UHGV virus genome: UHGV-0035288
Length of the DNA stretch: 44,443 nucleotides
Reading direction: 5' to 3' (one strand)
Source: a virus
This document shows positions 1 to 8,873 of this stretch, piece after piece (the stretch's first letter is position 1; the number at the start of each line of letters is the position of its first letter). The notes below the pieces were generated by a model that saw only the letters and a program-made list of their open reading frames with translations, was not told the DNA's origin and searched no databases. The position numbers and the translations under genes are program-made.

Positions 1-43
1 AAAAAAGGTGAAAAGATTGCCCTGTACGCGATAGATCCAGATC

Positions 44-529
44 ATGCAGAAGCGTGAGCAAAAAGATAGCTGGCGCACACCGCCAGCTTTATTTAAACCA
101 CTGCGTCGGAAGTACCGATTCCGTTACGATATGGCGGCAAGCGACACCAACCACCTGCTACCGCGTTACTTCACTGCGGAGCACAGCGCGCTTGATGCGG
201 ACTGGGCAGAGTTGAAAGGGTGGAAATGGTGCAACCCGCCATATTCCGATCCGCTGCCGTGGGTCGAGTGCGCAGCGCACGGACGCCGGACCGTCATGCT
301 ACTGAATCAGGACACGTCGACGAAGTGGGCGAAGCTGGCCCGGAGGACCGCCAATATGATAATTCTTCTTGACTGGCGGATTAGATTCATTCACGCCGTC
401 ACCGGCGAAGTCGGTCCGAGCAATAACAAGTGCCAGCAATTAATAATATTTGACGAAGCGCCGCCAGTAGGCAGCGCACAAATTGAAATAATGAGCGAGA
501 GTGAGCTACATGAATATCTTAGTCGTTGA
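44..529 (+). CDS. dam: DNA N6-adenine methyltransferase, phage Dam-type
   Basis: ATG at 44; in-frame stop at 32-34 prevents upstream extension. 161-aa ORF with NPPY catalytic tetrapeptide (WKWCNPPYSD) typical of N6-adenine MTases. No clear SD; may be coupled to a gene crossing the window junction. Confidence 0.6.
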   Translation: MQKREQKDSWRTPPALFKPLRRKYRFRYDMAASDTNHLLPRYFTAEHSALDADWAELKGWKWCNPPYSDPLPWVECAAHGRRTVMLLNQDTSTKWAKLARRTANMIILLDWRIRFIHAVTGEVGPSNNKCQQLIIFDEAPPVGSAQIEIMSESELHEYLSR

Positions 530-734
530 CCGCAGTATGCGCGTCGTGGACGAAATTGTTAAACGCTACCAAATTAACCCGAGGGAGAACAAAGTGCGGC
601 GGGTCAGTCGCCCGGAGCAATTGCTCGGCCTGGACCTTACCGGCTGGCTTGTAATGACTGCTAGCAGCCATCTTGTGTGTGGCACGTTTTCCGCCCGTAT
701 TGTTCGTGAAAATTTGATCAAGGAGTTGAAATGA
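510..734 (+). CDS. hypothetical small protein
   Basis: Track ORF starts at GTG 501; first ATG at 510 preceded by GAGAGTGAG. Overlaps dam 3' end; stop overlaps next start (ATGA at 731). Confidence 0.35.
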   Translation: MNILVVDRSMRVVDEIVKRYQINPRENKVRRVSRPEQLLGLDLTGWLVMTASSHLVCGTFSARIVRENLIKELK

Positions 735-1201
735 AATTACTGATTTGCGATTTGGATGGCGTTATTAACGGCTCAAGCGATGCGCGTGCCGACCTGGTGC
801 CTGGCATAAAAACTAAATCCACCTTTTGGGCGAAGTGGCACAAAGCGCATATACGCGAAGATCTGAACATGGATATGCTGCCGCTGCTGACCATGTACAA
901 AGAGCAAGGCTTCGAGATCGCGTATCTGACCAACCGGCAGCGAGAATGTTGGGACACCACCGCCGAGCAATTGGAGGTATTCCCGGTAGGCCGGTTGTTT
1001 ATGCGCCACATGCTGGACGACACCCCGCCACCTGAGTTTAAGGCGTGCGCCGTGTTCAAAATGGTGTGCTATGCCGACGTGTCGGAACTGGTCATCATTG
1101 AAGACTGTCCGAAGAACATCGCGGCAATTCGTCGGGCGTGCGGCGATCTGGTCCCGAAGATTTATGCGATAAACGTTGCAAAATTCACTTGCAACCAATA
1201 G
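731..1201 (+). CDS. HAD-superfamily hydrolase (phosphatase-like)
   Basis: AGGAG at 721-725 then ATG 731. N-terminal LICDLDGV matches HAD motif I (DxDG). Confidence 0.55.
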   Translation: MKLLICDLDGVINGSSDARADLVPGIKTKSTFWAKWHKAHIREDLNMDMLPLLTMYKEQGFEIAYLTNRQRECWDTTAEQLEVFPVGRLFMRHMLDDTPPPEFKACAVFKMVCYADVSELVIIEDCPKNIAAIRRACGDLVPKIYAINVAKFTCNQ

Positions 1202-1211
1202 GTTGGTTGCA
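1190..1211. promoter_or_regulatory. perfect inverted repeat TGCAACCAA-TAGG-TTGGTTGCA (paired copy of the recurrent TTGGTTGCA motif)
   Basis: Read directly at 1190-1198 and 1203-1211; overlaps stop codon of the HAD gene and precedes gene at 1266. Confidence 0.5.
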
Positions 1212-1265
1212 GTATCTTAACCACATCGGGAGGCAATACCGCCTCCCACTAAAACGGAAAACATC

Positions 1266-1757
1266 ATGAAAGCATACGAATACTGCAAAAACGCCGCCAC
1301 CACTATGGAACAGCGCGGGAAAGAAAACGGCTATGACAACGCGAAAGAAGAACGCAGCGCTAAACAGATCGCCGCCGTGTTTAACGCGCTTACCGGGCGC
1401 GACCTGTCCGAGCAAGAAGCCTGGACCTTCCTGATCTGCCTGAAGCTGGTGCGCCAGCACCGTAAGCACCAGGAAGATAATATCGTGGACCTGGTAGCGT
1501 ATGCCGCCCTGCTGGGCGAATCTTACATGACCGTGCATGATGAGATTCAGATCGACACAACGGCAGCACAATTCGAAAGCCTAAAAGGCTGGCATTCTTC
1601 CGCGGGCAAGACTGTTAAGGCCCGCGATTTTGGGGTCGTAGCCCCGGACGTCCAGCCTATGGTCGTGCTCACCGGCGAAGACGGGTCGAAAATCTGCATG
1701 ACGCAGGAAGATTTCCGCAACATGGAAAAAACACTGGTGACTGGCGCACTTAAATAA
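1266..1757 (+). CDS. hypothetical protein
   Basis: ATG at 1266; 163-aa ORF in early arm; no motif recognised with confidence. Confidence 0.5.
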   Translation: MKAYEYCKNAATTMEQRGKENGYDNAKEERSAKQIAAVFNALTGRDLSEQEAWTFLICLKLVRQHRKHQEDNIVDLVAYAALLGESYMTVHDEIQIDTTAAQFESLKGWHSSAGKTVKARDFGVVAPDVQPMVVLTGEDGSKICMTQEDFRNMEKTLVTGALK

Positions 1758-1799
1758 TTCTAATCGCGGGCCGAAGCCCGCATCAACGAGGACCACACG

Positions 1800-2375
1800 A
1801 TGTACGGCGAATATGAAATATCTGGTAAACAATTCCACCTGGCGGCAATGATCGCAAGCATCGAGTTTGACCAGTGGCGATACAAGTCCGACGCTTGCAA
1901 GCAAAGCCGTCTGGTCGGTGTGCTGGGTGAGATGTTTGCGGGCATGTACCTCGAAGGGCAGGCGGGCGGGCGTAGCTGTATCCCGCAAGGTTTGCTAATG
2001 CGTACCGGCCTGTTTAGCGCTAACACTATCGACCGCGGCGATATTATCATGGTCGGCAAGCGCAAGGTAAAATCCGGTCCCGACTTCCGCGAACATGTGA
2101 TCGATGCCGTCTGGACCTACGAGGTTAAGGCCACCAGCGGCATCCGTCGCGGACTGGTAGAGGCGCGTTGCGCCCGCGAATATCTTGCTCGTCGAGTTGC
2201 CGGTGTTATCCTGGTAGGCGTAGATTTCGGACAACATAGCGCGCACGGCGTGATCGAGGATATCGCAGAACCTTACGTCATTGTTAATGACTGGCCCTTA
2301 GTGGAAGTGGACGGGAAGGAGTATTACGAAAGCCCGCTGGTGCGGCGCAAAATGGACTGGGAAAACTCAAACTAA
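1800..2375 (+). CDS. hypothetical protein
   Basis: GAGGA SD then ATG 1800; 191-aa ORF, last gene before convergent terminator. Confidence 0.5.
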   Translation: MYGEYEISGKQFHLAAMIASIEFDQWRYKSDACKQSRLVGVLGEMFAGMYLEGQAGGRSCIPQGLLMRTGLFSANTIDRGDIIMVGKRKVKSGPDFREHVIDAVWTYEVKATSGIRRGLVEARCAREYLARRVAGVILVGVDFGQHSAHGVIEDIAEPYVIVNDWPLVEVDGKEYYESPLVRRKMDWENSN

Positions 2376-2401
2376 AAAAGGGGCCGCACGGCCCCTTCTG
2401 T
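2374..2401. terminator. bidirectional rho-independent terminator
   Basis: GGGGCC-GCAC-GGCCCC hairpin (2380-2395) flanked by A6 upstream and T-rich run downstream; sits between convergent genes ending at 2375 (+) and 2402 (-). Confidence 0.6.
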
Positions 2402-4123
2402 TTATTTCTTCAACGCCGCGATCTCGGACTTCAACTCCCCCACCTGCTTATTGAGATATTGAATACACCCCATCAAGTCCATCACGATCGGGTTAACGTC
2501 TACGGACGGTCGGTCTACCGTTTTCTCCCCGATCTTGTTGCCGTCTTCGTCGAGGATATCCTCGACGGGTACTTCGATGTGCTTGATGTATTGCGGCGCG
2601 ATTAACTCCGCTTCTTCGGCGATAATACCGAAGCGACGGCGTCCCTTCTCGTCATCCTTGTACACGAAGTTAACAAGACGCTGGCGGCTAATGCGGTCCA
2701 TGGCCTCGCTTGCGTCTGCCTCGGCAATATCTTTCTTATACTCGCGACCCGACGTACCTTGCAGCGCGAGAATTCCGCCGCTGGTTGGGAATGTTACAAT
2801 GATTTGCCCCGTGTTGCTTCCATCCCCGCGTCGCCTAATAAGGTTGACCGTAGATATGACCCCATCTTCCCCCGATACTTCCATTATTGTCCTTGCGCCA
2901 ACCTGCGTATCCGGCGTGGCATACCTATTCGATTTAAAGGTTACGCCAGGGTATCCCTGGTTCTGGATAGTAATAACCCCGTCGGAGTCAATTGGACCCA
3001 AAGAACGCAGGTTTTTCGCCGAGAAAGTGCCCAGGTCATTAAAATCATAAACGGCGGTGCGGTCGGTTGTTCGGTTGTACACACTCAGGCGCGCGTAGTA
3101 TTCAGCCCCGATCGCCGCTCTGATACGCCAGGCCATGTTCGCTTCTTGAATCCCATTAACGTTGTAACGAGAATAGATCCCCCCGCCGTCAATGGTAGTG
3201 CCGACTGAGGGTTGGGTGGCGTCTTCTTTTATTACCGTCCAGCTATTAGTCGCAGTGCCCGCGTCTAGTAAGGACAGCGCCCAGCGCTTAGTCGCGGCAT
3301 CCAGATCCGCAATGGGGTCCGATCCGACTCGAAGCGGGCCGGGAGGCATAAGGTTCCCCCACGACGCCGTTTTATCAGCAAGCCCAGCAAGGTTGCCGGA
3401 TTTGGTTAGCAGGTTATCCACGTTAACGCTTTGCGCCCACTCCTCGGCCTGATCGCGGAATCCCTGAGCGGCAGTGCTGGCAGCTTGCGCGTCCATCTTC
3501 GCAGTGTTGGCCTCATCCCTCATAACGCTGGTGTCAGCCTTGATCTGGTTCGTCTGGTCTTTGATGGCCTGCGTATCAGTCTTAATCTGGTTGGTCTGCG
3601 TCTTGATGGTATTGGTGTCGTTTTTGAAGCCTTCGGCCTCATTGCGAAATCCTTGCGCTGCTGCTTCCGATGCGGCGGCTTGTTGTTGCAGGTTGCGCAT
3701 CTCAACCGGGTCTACGTTCTTAAGCAATTCCGACAGGTAGCCCCATGACATACCCTGCATGACTTGCCCGTTCGGTAGCGTTACCGTGATTTCTTCAGCG
3801 TCTCCGAAGATTGCACGCCAGTTGTTTTCATCTGCGATCATCAAGCGCAACGCTTTCTGTGCCTGTACGGTAACGCCCATAGTTGCCAGCGACATGGTAT
3901 CGCGCTTAACGCCATCCCACGCGAGGCCGGTTGCCGTTGGGCCGTCGAACGGAAGCACCAGCGTTAGCGCGGTTGCACTTTCAATGGACGCAATCGCTAC
4001 GGTGTAGGGTACTTGGCCCACCACCAGCGTTAAGAAGTCGCCAGCTTTAAACGCCGTAAACGTTGTTCCGACCCCGACAACCGCCTTGCTGTTATTCGTT
4101 ACGGATAGTGTACCCGCTGCCAT
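2402..4123 (-). CDS. tail fiber with C-terminal intramolecular chaperone (peptidase S74-like) domain
   Basis: Start moved to ATG at 4123 (GAGGA SD 7 nt upstream). N-terminus MAAGTLSVTNNSKAVVGVGTTF is a phage fiber anchor-type motif; central heptad-like repeats (QTNQIKTDTQAIKDQTNQIK); C-terminal block (...RLVNFVYKDDEKGRRRFGIIAEE...) resembles the self-cleaving chaperone of endosialidase-type fibers. Confidence 0.75.
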   Translation of the reverse strand: MAAGTLSVTNNSKAVVGVGTTFTAFKAGDFLTLVVGQVPYTVAIASIESATALTLVLPFDGPTATGLAWDGVKRDTMSLATMGVTVQAQKALRLMIADENNWRAIFGDAEEITVTLPNGQVMQGMSWGYLSELLKNVDPVEMRNLQQQAAASEAAAQGFRNEAEGFKNDTNTIKTQTNQIKTDTQAIKDQTNQIKADTSVMRDEANTAKMDAQAASTAAQGFRDQAEEWAQSVNVDNLLTKSGNLAGLADKTASWGNLMPPGPLRVGSDPIADLDAATKRWALSLLDAGTATNSWTVIKEDATQPSVGTTIDGGGIYSRYNVNGIQEANMAWRIRAAIGAEYYARLSVYNRTTDRTAVYDFNDLGTFSAKNLRSLGPIDSDGVITIQNQGYPGVTFKSNRYATPDTQVGARTIMEVSGEDGVISTVNLIRRRGDGSNTGQIIVTFPTSGGILALQGTSGREYKKDIAEADASEAMDRISRQRLVNFVYKDDEKGRRRFGIIAEEAELIAPQYIKHIEVPVEDILDEDGNKIGEKTVDRPSVDVNPIVMDLMGCIQYLNKQVGELKSEIAALKK

Positions 4124-4140
4124 AGCTGAATCCTCATAAA

Positions 4141-4169
4141 TTGGTTGCAATCCTGGTCGAGCGGTGCAA
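4141..4169 (+). promoter_or_regulatory. TTGGTTGCA motif plus degenerate second copy (CGGTGCAAT) upstream of lipoprotein moron
   Basis: TTGGTTGCA at 4141-4149, GGTGCAAT at 4162-4169, 35 nt upstream of ATG 4204. Confidence 0.4.
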
Positions 4170-4203
4170 TACTAAAACTCGACCAAATATAGGAGATGAT
4201 AAC

Positions 4204-4422
4204 ATGAAAACTTTAATTATGATTTGTGCGGTTCTTCTGTCCGGTTGTGCCGGTATGCCGTCTAAAATCTGCGACGCGACATATATGAATAGCGGTATGG
4301 AGTATTCTGTACCAGTGTTCGGTGTCGCCGACTTTAGCGGGCACAAAATGCTCAAGGCGGGGTATCCGTTCAACTTCCAGTATGTGTCGGTCGACCACTT
4401 CAAAAGCACCACCTGCAAATAA
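4204..4422 (+). CDS. small lipoprotein, candidate superinfection-exclusion protein (Cor/Llp-like)
   Basis: AGGAG SD then ATG 4204. MKTLIMICAVLLSGCAG is a signal peptide with lipobox LSGC; 72 aa. Opposite strand to flanking tail fiber genes, own terminator. Confidence 0.6.
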   Translation: MKTLIMICAVLLSGCAGMPSKICDATYMNSGMEYSVPVFGVADFSGHKMLKAGYPFNFQYVSVDHFKSTTCK

Positions 4423-4444
4423 GCCCCTTTCGGGGCTTTCTTCA
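4422..4444 (+). terminator. rho-independent terminator after lipoprotein gene
   Basis: AGCCCC-TTTC-GGGGCT hairpin (4422-4437) followed by TTCTTC. Confidence 0.55.
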
Positions 4445-5116
4445 ATCATAATTGGCCGTGTTAATCGCCATAATCGCGTTGCCGTTGTTAGTATACCCCA
4501 CCACATCCCCCGTGGCGTTCCCCGACGACGCTGCCGATATACGCGTTCGCGACCCATCAAATCTGGCCCCCGTGTACGCCGTTACTGATATTACCTGCGG
4601 CTGTCCCTGCACAAAAAACCGGATCAGCGTAGACCCCAATATGCCAGGAGCGACGGCGTAGCTGCCGTTTAGCGTCTGGTCAATGTTAATCCCTCCGTTA
4701 GCTCCTGGCGATCCGACGGTAACTAAATCACTTAGTACGCGACTCTCGTTAGTAAGCACTAGTTTCCCCGTCTTATCCCAAATAGCGAAGCCCCACCGCG
4801 GAAGGGTCTGTGGGAATATGGCAAAGATGTAAGCCGTCATCGTGAAGCCTTGCCCGAATGGATTGCTGGCGCTCACCTTCACCACATTACCAACGCGAGA
4901 AGATCCTACGACGGTCGGCTGGGCGGTGTGCGTAGTTTTCACAAACGCTATTGCAGGGTAGTCACCGCCCAAATTAATATCGGCAGCCGCCGACTGCGCA
5001 GTGCCGTTAGCCGAAGACCCAACAACCACACGGCGGAATAGACAAAACGGCGTCGATTCTGGCGTGATAAACGGGTTGCCGTTTGGTAAGTCAATCAACG
5101 CGCCGTAATTAGCCAT
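4442..5116 (-). CDS. putative distal tail / receptor-binding protein
   Basis: 224-aa Gly/Thr/Asn-rich ORF between the J-like gene and the lipoprotein/fiber genes; ATG at 5116 overlaps upstream stop (TAATG). Function inferred from position only. Confidence 0.45.
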   Translation of the reverse strand: MANYGALIDLPNGNPFITPESTPFCLFRRVVVGSSANGTAQSAAADINLGGDYPAIAFVKTTHTAQPTVVGSSRVGNVVKVSASNPFGQGFTMTAYIFAIFPQTLPRWGFAIWDKTGKLVLTNESRVLSDLVTVGSPGANGGINIDQTLNGSYAVAPGILGSTLIRFFVQGQPQVISVTAYTGARFDGSRTRISAASSGNATGDVVGYTNNGNAIMAINTANYD

Positions 5117-5418
5117 TATGCTCGCTCCACAAAAACAATAACGTCACATTCAGATGCGGAGTAAACCCCGCCACCTACCGCACTTGCCTCGGAAACCGTG
5201 ATAGTGTTCCCGCTGGCGGTTATTCTGCGGCCTGGCCCGACCGCGCCTTTATCCAGTGCGACCACGTATCCGACCTTCATCCCCGCCGGTACAGGGAATG
5301 ACCATGCGCCTGATTTTTGTCCTTCCGCAAGATGAATCCTTCCGATCACGCTTACCGGTTTAATGCCGTAGTTGTTTGGGCGTCCTTGCGCGTCCCACGT
5401 TGCGATACCGAATGCCAT
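5116..5418 (-). CDS. small tail-associated protein (hypothetical)
   Basis: ATG at 5418 with GAGG SD; 100 aa; immediately downstream of J-like gene. Confidence 0.4.
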   Translation of the reverse strand: MAFGIATWDAQGRPNNYGIKPVSVIGRIHLAEGQKSGAWSFPVPAGMKVGYVVALDKGAVGPGRRITASGNTITVSEASAVGGGVYSASECDVIVFVERA

Positions 5419-5430
5419 AAATAACCTCGT

Positions 5431-5450
5431 TAAAAGGGGCCGAAGCCCCC
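5431..5450 (-). terminator. hairpin / partial terminator after J-like gene
   Basis: GGGGC-CGAA-GCCCC (5436-5449) with TTTTA on the minus strand, placed between J stop and next RBS. Confidence 0.35.
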
Positions 5451-5453
5451 ATA

Positions 5454-8400
5454 CTACCAGCTACCAGTAAGCTCACCAATCTGCACGCGGAGAACGCCGT
5501 TTCCGTCCTTCACGCTGATTCTCGTGTTCGTCTGTTTCATCCCGCCGCCGCTACCGGTCCCCAGGTTGATAAACGTTCCATCTTTCCCTAAGCGCCAGCC
5601 GCGCGTGCTGCCGTCGTAGTTATTCGATTGCAGCGTGTCTGTTATCTGCGCGAAGTTGATGGACGCGTTCTTGATGCGTGCCGTGTCGATATACACCGCG
5701 CCACCGTCCACAATAAACGCAGACGACAGCGTCCCATTGGACGGATGCATGATGTAGAACTGGTCCGCCTTGAACGCAATACGCGATTTAACCGCGTTGC
5801 CAGACGTCACAACGGAAAGCTGCATACCCGCATCATAATAAGTCCCGTTATATGTCACGCCAGCCTTAAGGCTATACGTGGCGCTACCACCAGAGTGGTT
5901 AAACGAGGACGTCATCTTCTGCTCGATAGCGGCGGACTGCTGACCGAACTGTGCAGCGACCTGGGTCTTATATTCCGCCAGCGCTCCCGCCACGTCTGCG
6001 GTTGCCGTTTGTACCTGCTGGATGGCGGCTTCCTGTTCCCCGAACTTAGCGGCAACAGTTTGCTGGTACTGGGCGAACGCTTGTTCCTGTGTGCTCTGCG
6101 CGGTCTGCAACGTGTGGATCGCAGCTTCCGCGTCATCAAGTCGCGTGCCGATCAACGTCTCCAGTTGAGCGACCGCCTTGTGGGCGTCCGCCGCCACGCT
6201 ATACGCGACCGAGATTTCCGCATAAATACCCTTGTACTCGGCGCGGGCGTTGAACAATTGCTGCGCGTCGGTGAGCATCGCCTCGTAAATACCCTGCGGG
6301 ATCGTGTTGATTGCTTCCTGGAAGCGTTTACCATCCTCGGAAGTCAAGAACTCGTCATCAAGCCCCTTCATGTACTCGTCAACTTTGTCACTCACCTGCC
6401 CTTCAAACGGGGCCGACCAGTCCGACAGGTTGCCGATTTTATCCGCTACACGGGCGCGCAACTGCTGGTAAATTCCGAACTCCAGCGATGTTTGCGCATA
6501 CTCCGCCCCCGGATATGGGACGTTGGTAAGGAATTTCCATTCCGTTTCGCCCGTCTTGCGTACTTCAAGCTCTGTGTAAGAGATATCCGTCGCGGCGTTG
6601 TTGTGGTTCCACTTCCATAGGATCTGGTGCAAACCTGAAATCGCGTTGGTGATGATTGGCGCATTAAGCCCTCCGAGGCGACCTTCGATCGGCGTGATGG
6701 GGGACGACACCCACGGGGACGAGATTTCGCCCATACCAATTGCGCGGACGCGTGCCTGATAGTTACCGGAGAACACGTTAGGGATGTGCGCCCCATTCGA
6801 TGCCGTGCGTGGGATGTTCACCCAGTCGTTTCCCCACTGGATTTCCATATTCTGCAAGCTGGTACGTCGCCACTGGATTTCATACACCACGGCATCCTTC
6901 ACCGGAGGGAATACAATATCCACGTTGGTGATTAGCTGGCCTTGCGATGAAATCTGCGACGGGGTTATGGTCACGGATTCCGGCCCCTTCATCACACCGT
7001 CCGGCACTTGCGTAAAGATGCCTGGGTCAAGGCGCGCGCCATTATCAACGGCATCATATTTGCTATCGTTGTATTCAATCCCGCGCACCGAAAAAGTGCT
7101 GGTAGAGTCGTCATATTCCAGGTCGGTGATGCGGAACTTCTGCAACTGGATATCGTTGCCATCAACGCAAAACGGCTGGTCTGGAATCGGGTCGGCATCC
7201 AGTGCAGTTTTTAGCGTAACCTTGTTGCCGTTGACGCTGGCGATCTCGCGAGTCTCCACATTACCGCTATCGGTGCGCACCAGGAACTTATCGCCAGGGC
7301 GGAACGTGATTTCGCTGTCCGTGTTCAGCACGGTACGCGTTCCGGGGTCCGACAACAGTCGACCGCCACGAGTCTCGAATCCGCCAGAAATATTAGTATC
7401 TGCGATCGCGACTACGCTACCAGGAATAAAGAATAACCCTTCCATGCCAACTTTAAAGCTAACTTGCTGGTCAAGCTGGTTGGAGATTAGCGCCCAGTGC
7501 CCGCGGCGTTGCGCTTCAGATTCACGCGTACAGCCGATCGCCGTGATATCAAGACGGTTAATCTTATGGCGGCGTACCAGTTCGACACGTTGCCCCGTTG
7601 CGATGGCATCTTCATAGTGGTTCTTCGGGTTGCCGTATGCGACCGCGAAAGTTGAATACCGAGTTTTCTGGCTGCCCGATGCGTAGTCGAATCGACCATC
7701 AATTACCGAGGCGTTGGTGATAGTGTGCGACACTGCTGCGACCGGTTGGTCACTGACGATATTCAACATCTGGTTGCCCCACCAGGTCATTCCGGCGAAG
7801 ATGGCAGCCAAATCCTTAAGCACGGTCCAGGCATCCGTCTGTGACTGAATGTACATATCATTCTTAAAGCGGATTTCTCGACCACCGTTGCCGTCGCTGA
7901 CCAACTGATCGCAGCGCTGCGCAATCTGGTAGAGCGCGTACCGGTTTAACATTTGCGGTTTGATACGCCGACCGAGGCCGAAGCGCTCAGTAATACAAAT
8001 ATCGTACCAGTGCCACGCAGGGTTATCCGTCCATGCGCGTTTAAACGTGCCGTCCCAGTCCCCGGAATAGGTATGGTTAATCGGGTCGTAGTTGTTCGGT
8101 ATTAGAACTTTGCGGCCTTTGCACTTGATGGACACGCGCGGGATGTTCTGGAACGCTTTGGCGTCGAACTCCACAAACAACAGCGCGGTTAGCGGGTAAC
8201 GCAGACGGGCGTCAATAATCTCAGTGATGGACTGCACCCGGATATCATTAACCACTTTCGCCGATGTGGAGTCCGCCGTTATGCGGTGCACCTCCACTCG
8301 CCAGCCGGTATTCACGTTCGGCGGTAATTCGATGCGGTGGTCGCGCTCATACAGCGACATTGTTTTACCAACGGCGGCGAATCTGAACTCACGCGGGTCG

Positions 8401-8873
8401 GCGTTATCCGTATACACAACTATCTTATAGTCGATGCGCCCGCCCACCAGGTCGCCATTATCTTCGTTAGTGTACAGGGCCGGAATGCCGATGCGAATGC
8501 GAACAGCGTCCAGACTGGTATCGTTAATCTGGCGTACCCACGGCGTGCCGTTTTCCAGTTTTACGCCGACAGATTGCTCACTTTCCACCGCCGAAAATCC
8601 GTGGATCACATCCTGGTGCTGTGTGCCGGGGCGGAACTCCACACGCGCGCCAGGGAAGTTTTCGGACAGGTCAGCGTTCTGGATCGGCGTTCCATCCAAG
8701 TAAACACGCTGCCGCAATTCGCTGGCGCTGGTAATACTTTCGAATTCCCCTTCCCCCAGCGCAAGCAAGATGCGGATTTTAGCCAGCGAATGCAGGCTAT
8801 CGGGCGTCTCCTGCGGGGTGTGCTGTTTGCCGCCGCCGCCTTTATGCCCTGTGACGTCGTAGATAATCGTCAT
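5454..8873 (-). CDS. tail tip / central fiber protein (lambda J-like host specificity protein)
   Basis: 1139-aa ORF, ATG at 8873 overlapping upstream stop (ATGA); N-terminus MTIIYDVTGHKGGGGKQHTPQE resembles J-type proteins; last gene of M-L-K-I-J order. Confidence 0.85.
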   Translation of the reverse strand: MTIIYDVTGHKGGGGKQHTPQETPDSLHSLAKIRILLALGEGEFESITSASELRQRVYLDGTPIQNADLSENFPGARVEFRPGTQHQDVIHGFSAVESEQSVGVKLENGTPWVRQINDTSLDAVRIRIGIPALYTNEDNGDLVGGRIDYKIVVYTDNADPREFRFAAVGKTMSLYERDHRIELPPNVNTGWRVEVHRITADSTSAKVVNDIRVQSITEIIDARLRYPLTALLFVEFDAKAFQNIPRVSIKCKGRKVLIPNNYDPINHTYSGDWDGTFKRAWTDNPAWHWYDICITERFGLGRRIKPQMLNRYALYQIAQRCDQLVSDGNGGREIRFKNDMYIQSQTDAWTVLKDLAAIFAGMTWWGNQMLNIVSDQPVAAVSHTITNASVIDGRFDYASGSQKTRYSTFAVAYGNPKNHYEDAIATGQRVELVRRHKINRLDITAIGCTRESEAQRRGHWALISNQLDQQVSFKVGMEGLFFIPGSVVAIADTNISGGFETRGGRLLSDPGTRTVLNTDSEITFRPGDKFLVRTDSGNVETREIASVNGNKVTLKTALDADPIPDQPFCVDGNDIQLQKFRITDLEYDDSTSTFSVRGIEYNDSKYDAVDNGARLDPGIFTQVPDGVMKGPESVTITPSQISSQGQLITNVDIVFPPVKDAVVYEIQWRRTSLQNMEIQWGNDWVNIPRTASNGAHIPNVFSGNYQARVRAIGMGEISSPWVSSPITPIEGRLGGLNAPIITNAISGLHQILWKWNHNNAATDISYTELEVRKTGETEWKFLTNVPYPGAEYAQTSLEFGIYQQLRARVADKIGNLSDWSAPFEGQVSDKVDEYMKGLDDEFLTSEDGKRFQEAINTIPQGIYEAMLTDAQQLFNARAEYKGIYAEISVAYSVAADAHKAVAQLETLIGTRLDDAEAAIHTLQTAQSTQEQAFAQYQQTVAAKFGEQEAAIQQVQTATADVAGALAEYKTQVAAQFGQQSAAIEQKMTSSFNHSGGSATYSLKAGVTYNGTYYDAGMQLSVVTSGNAVKSRIAFKADQFYIMHPSNGTLSSAFIVDGGAVYIDTARIKNASINFAQITDTLQSNNYDGSTRGWRLGKDGTFINLGTGSGGGMKQTNTRISVKDGNGVLRVQIGELTGSW

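Noticed and set aside
2402-4123. Diversity-generating retroelement targeting the tail fiber
   Set aside because: No reverse transcriptase ORF and no template/variable repeat pair near the fiber 3' end; the internal repeats are in-frame heptads of a coiled coil.
5628-6620. 330-aa plus-strand ORF (and similar long ORFs at 8337-9170, 15462-16193, 18229-19077, 35889-36548, 38011-39012, 37535-38011)
   Set aside because: All lie antisense to, or frame-shifted within, well-supported long genes; they are Arg/Cys/His-rich as expected for alternate frames of GC-rich coding DNA and lack SD sequences.
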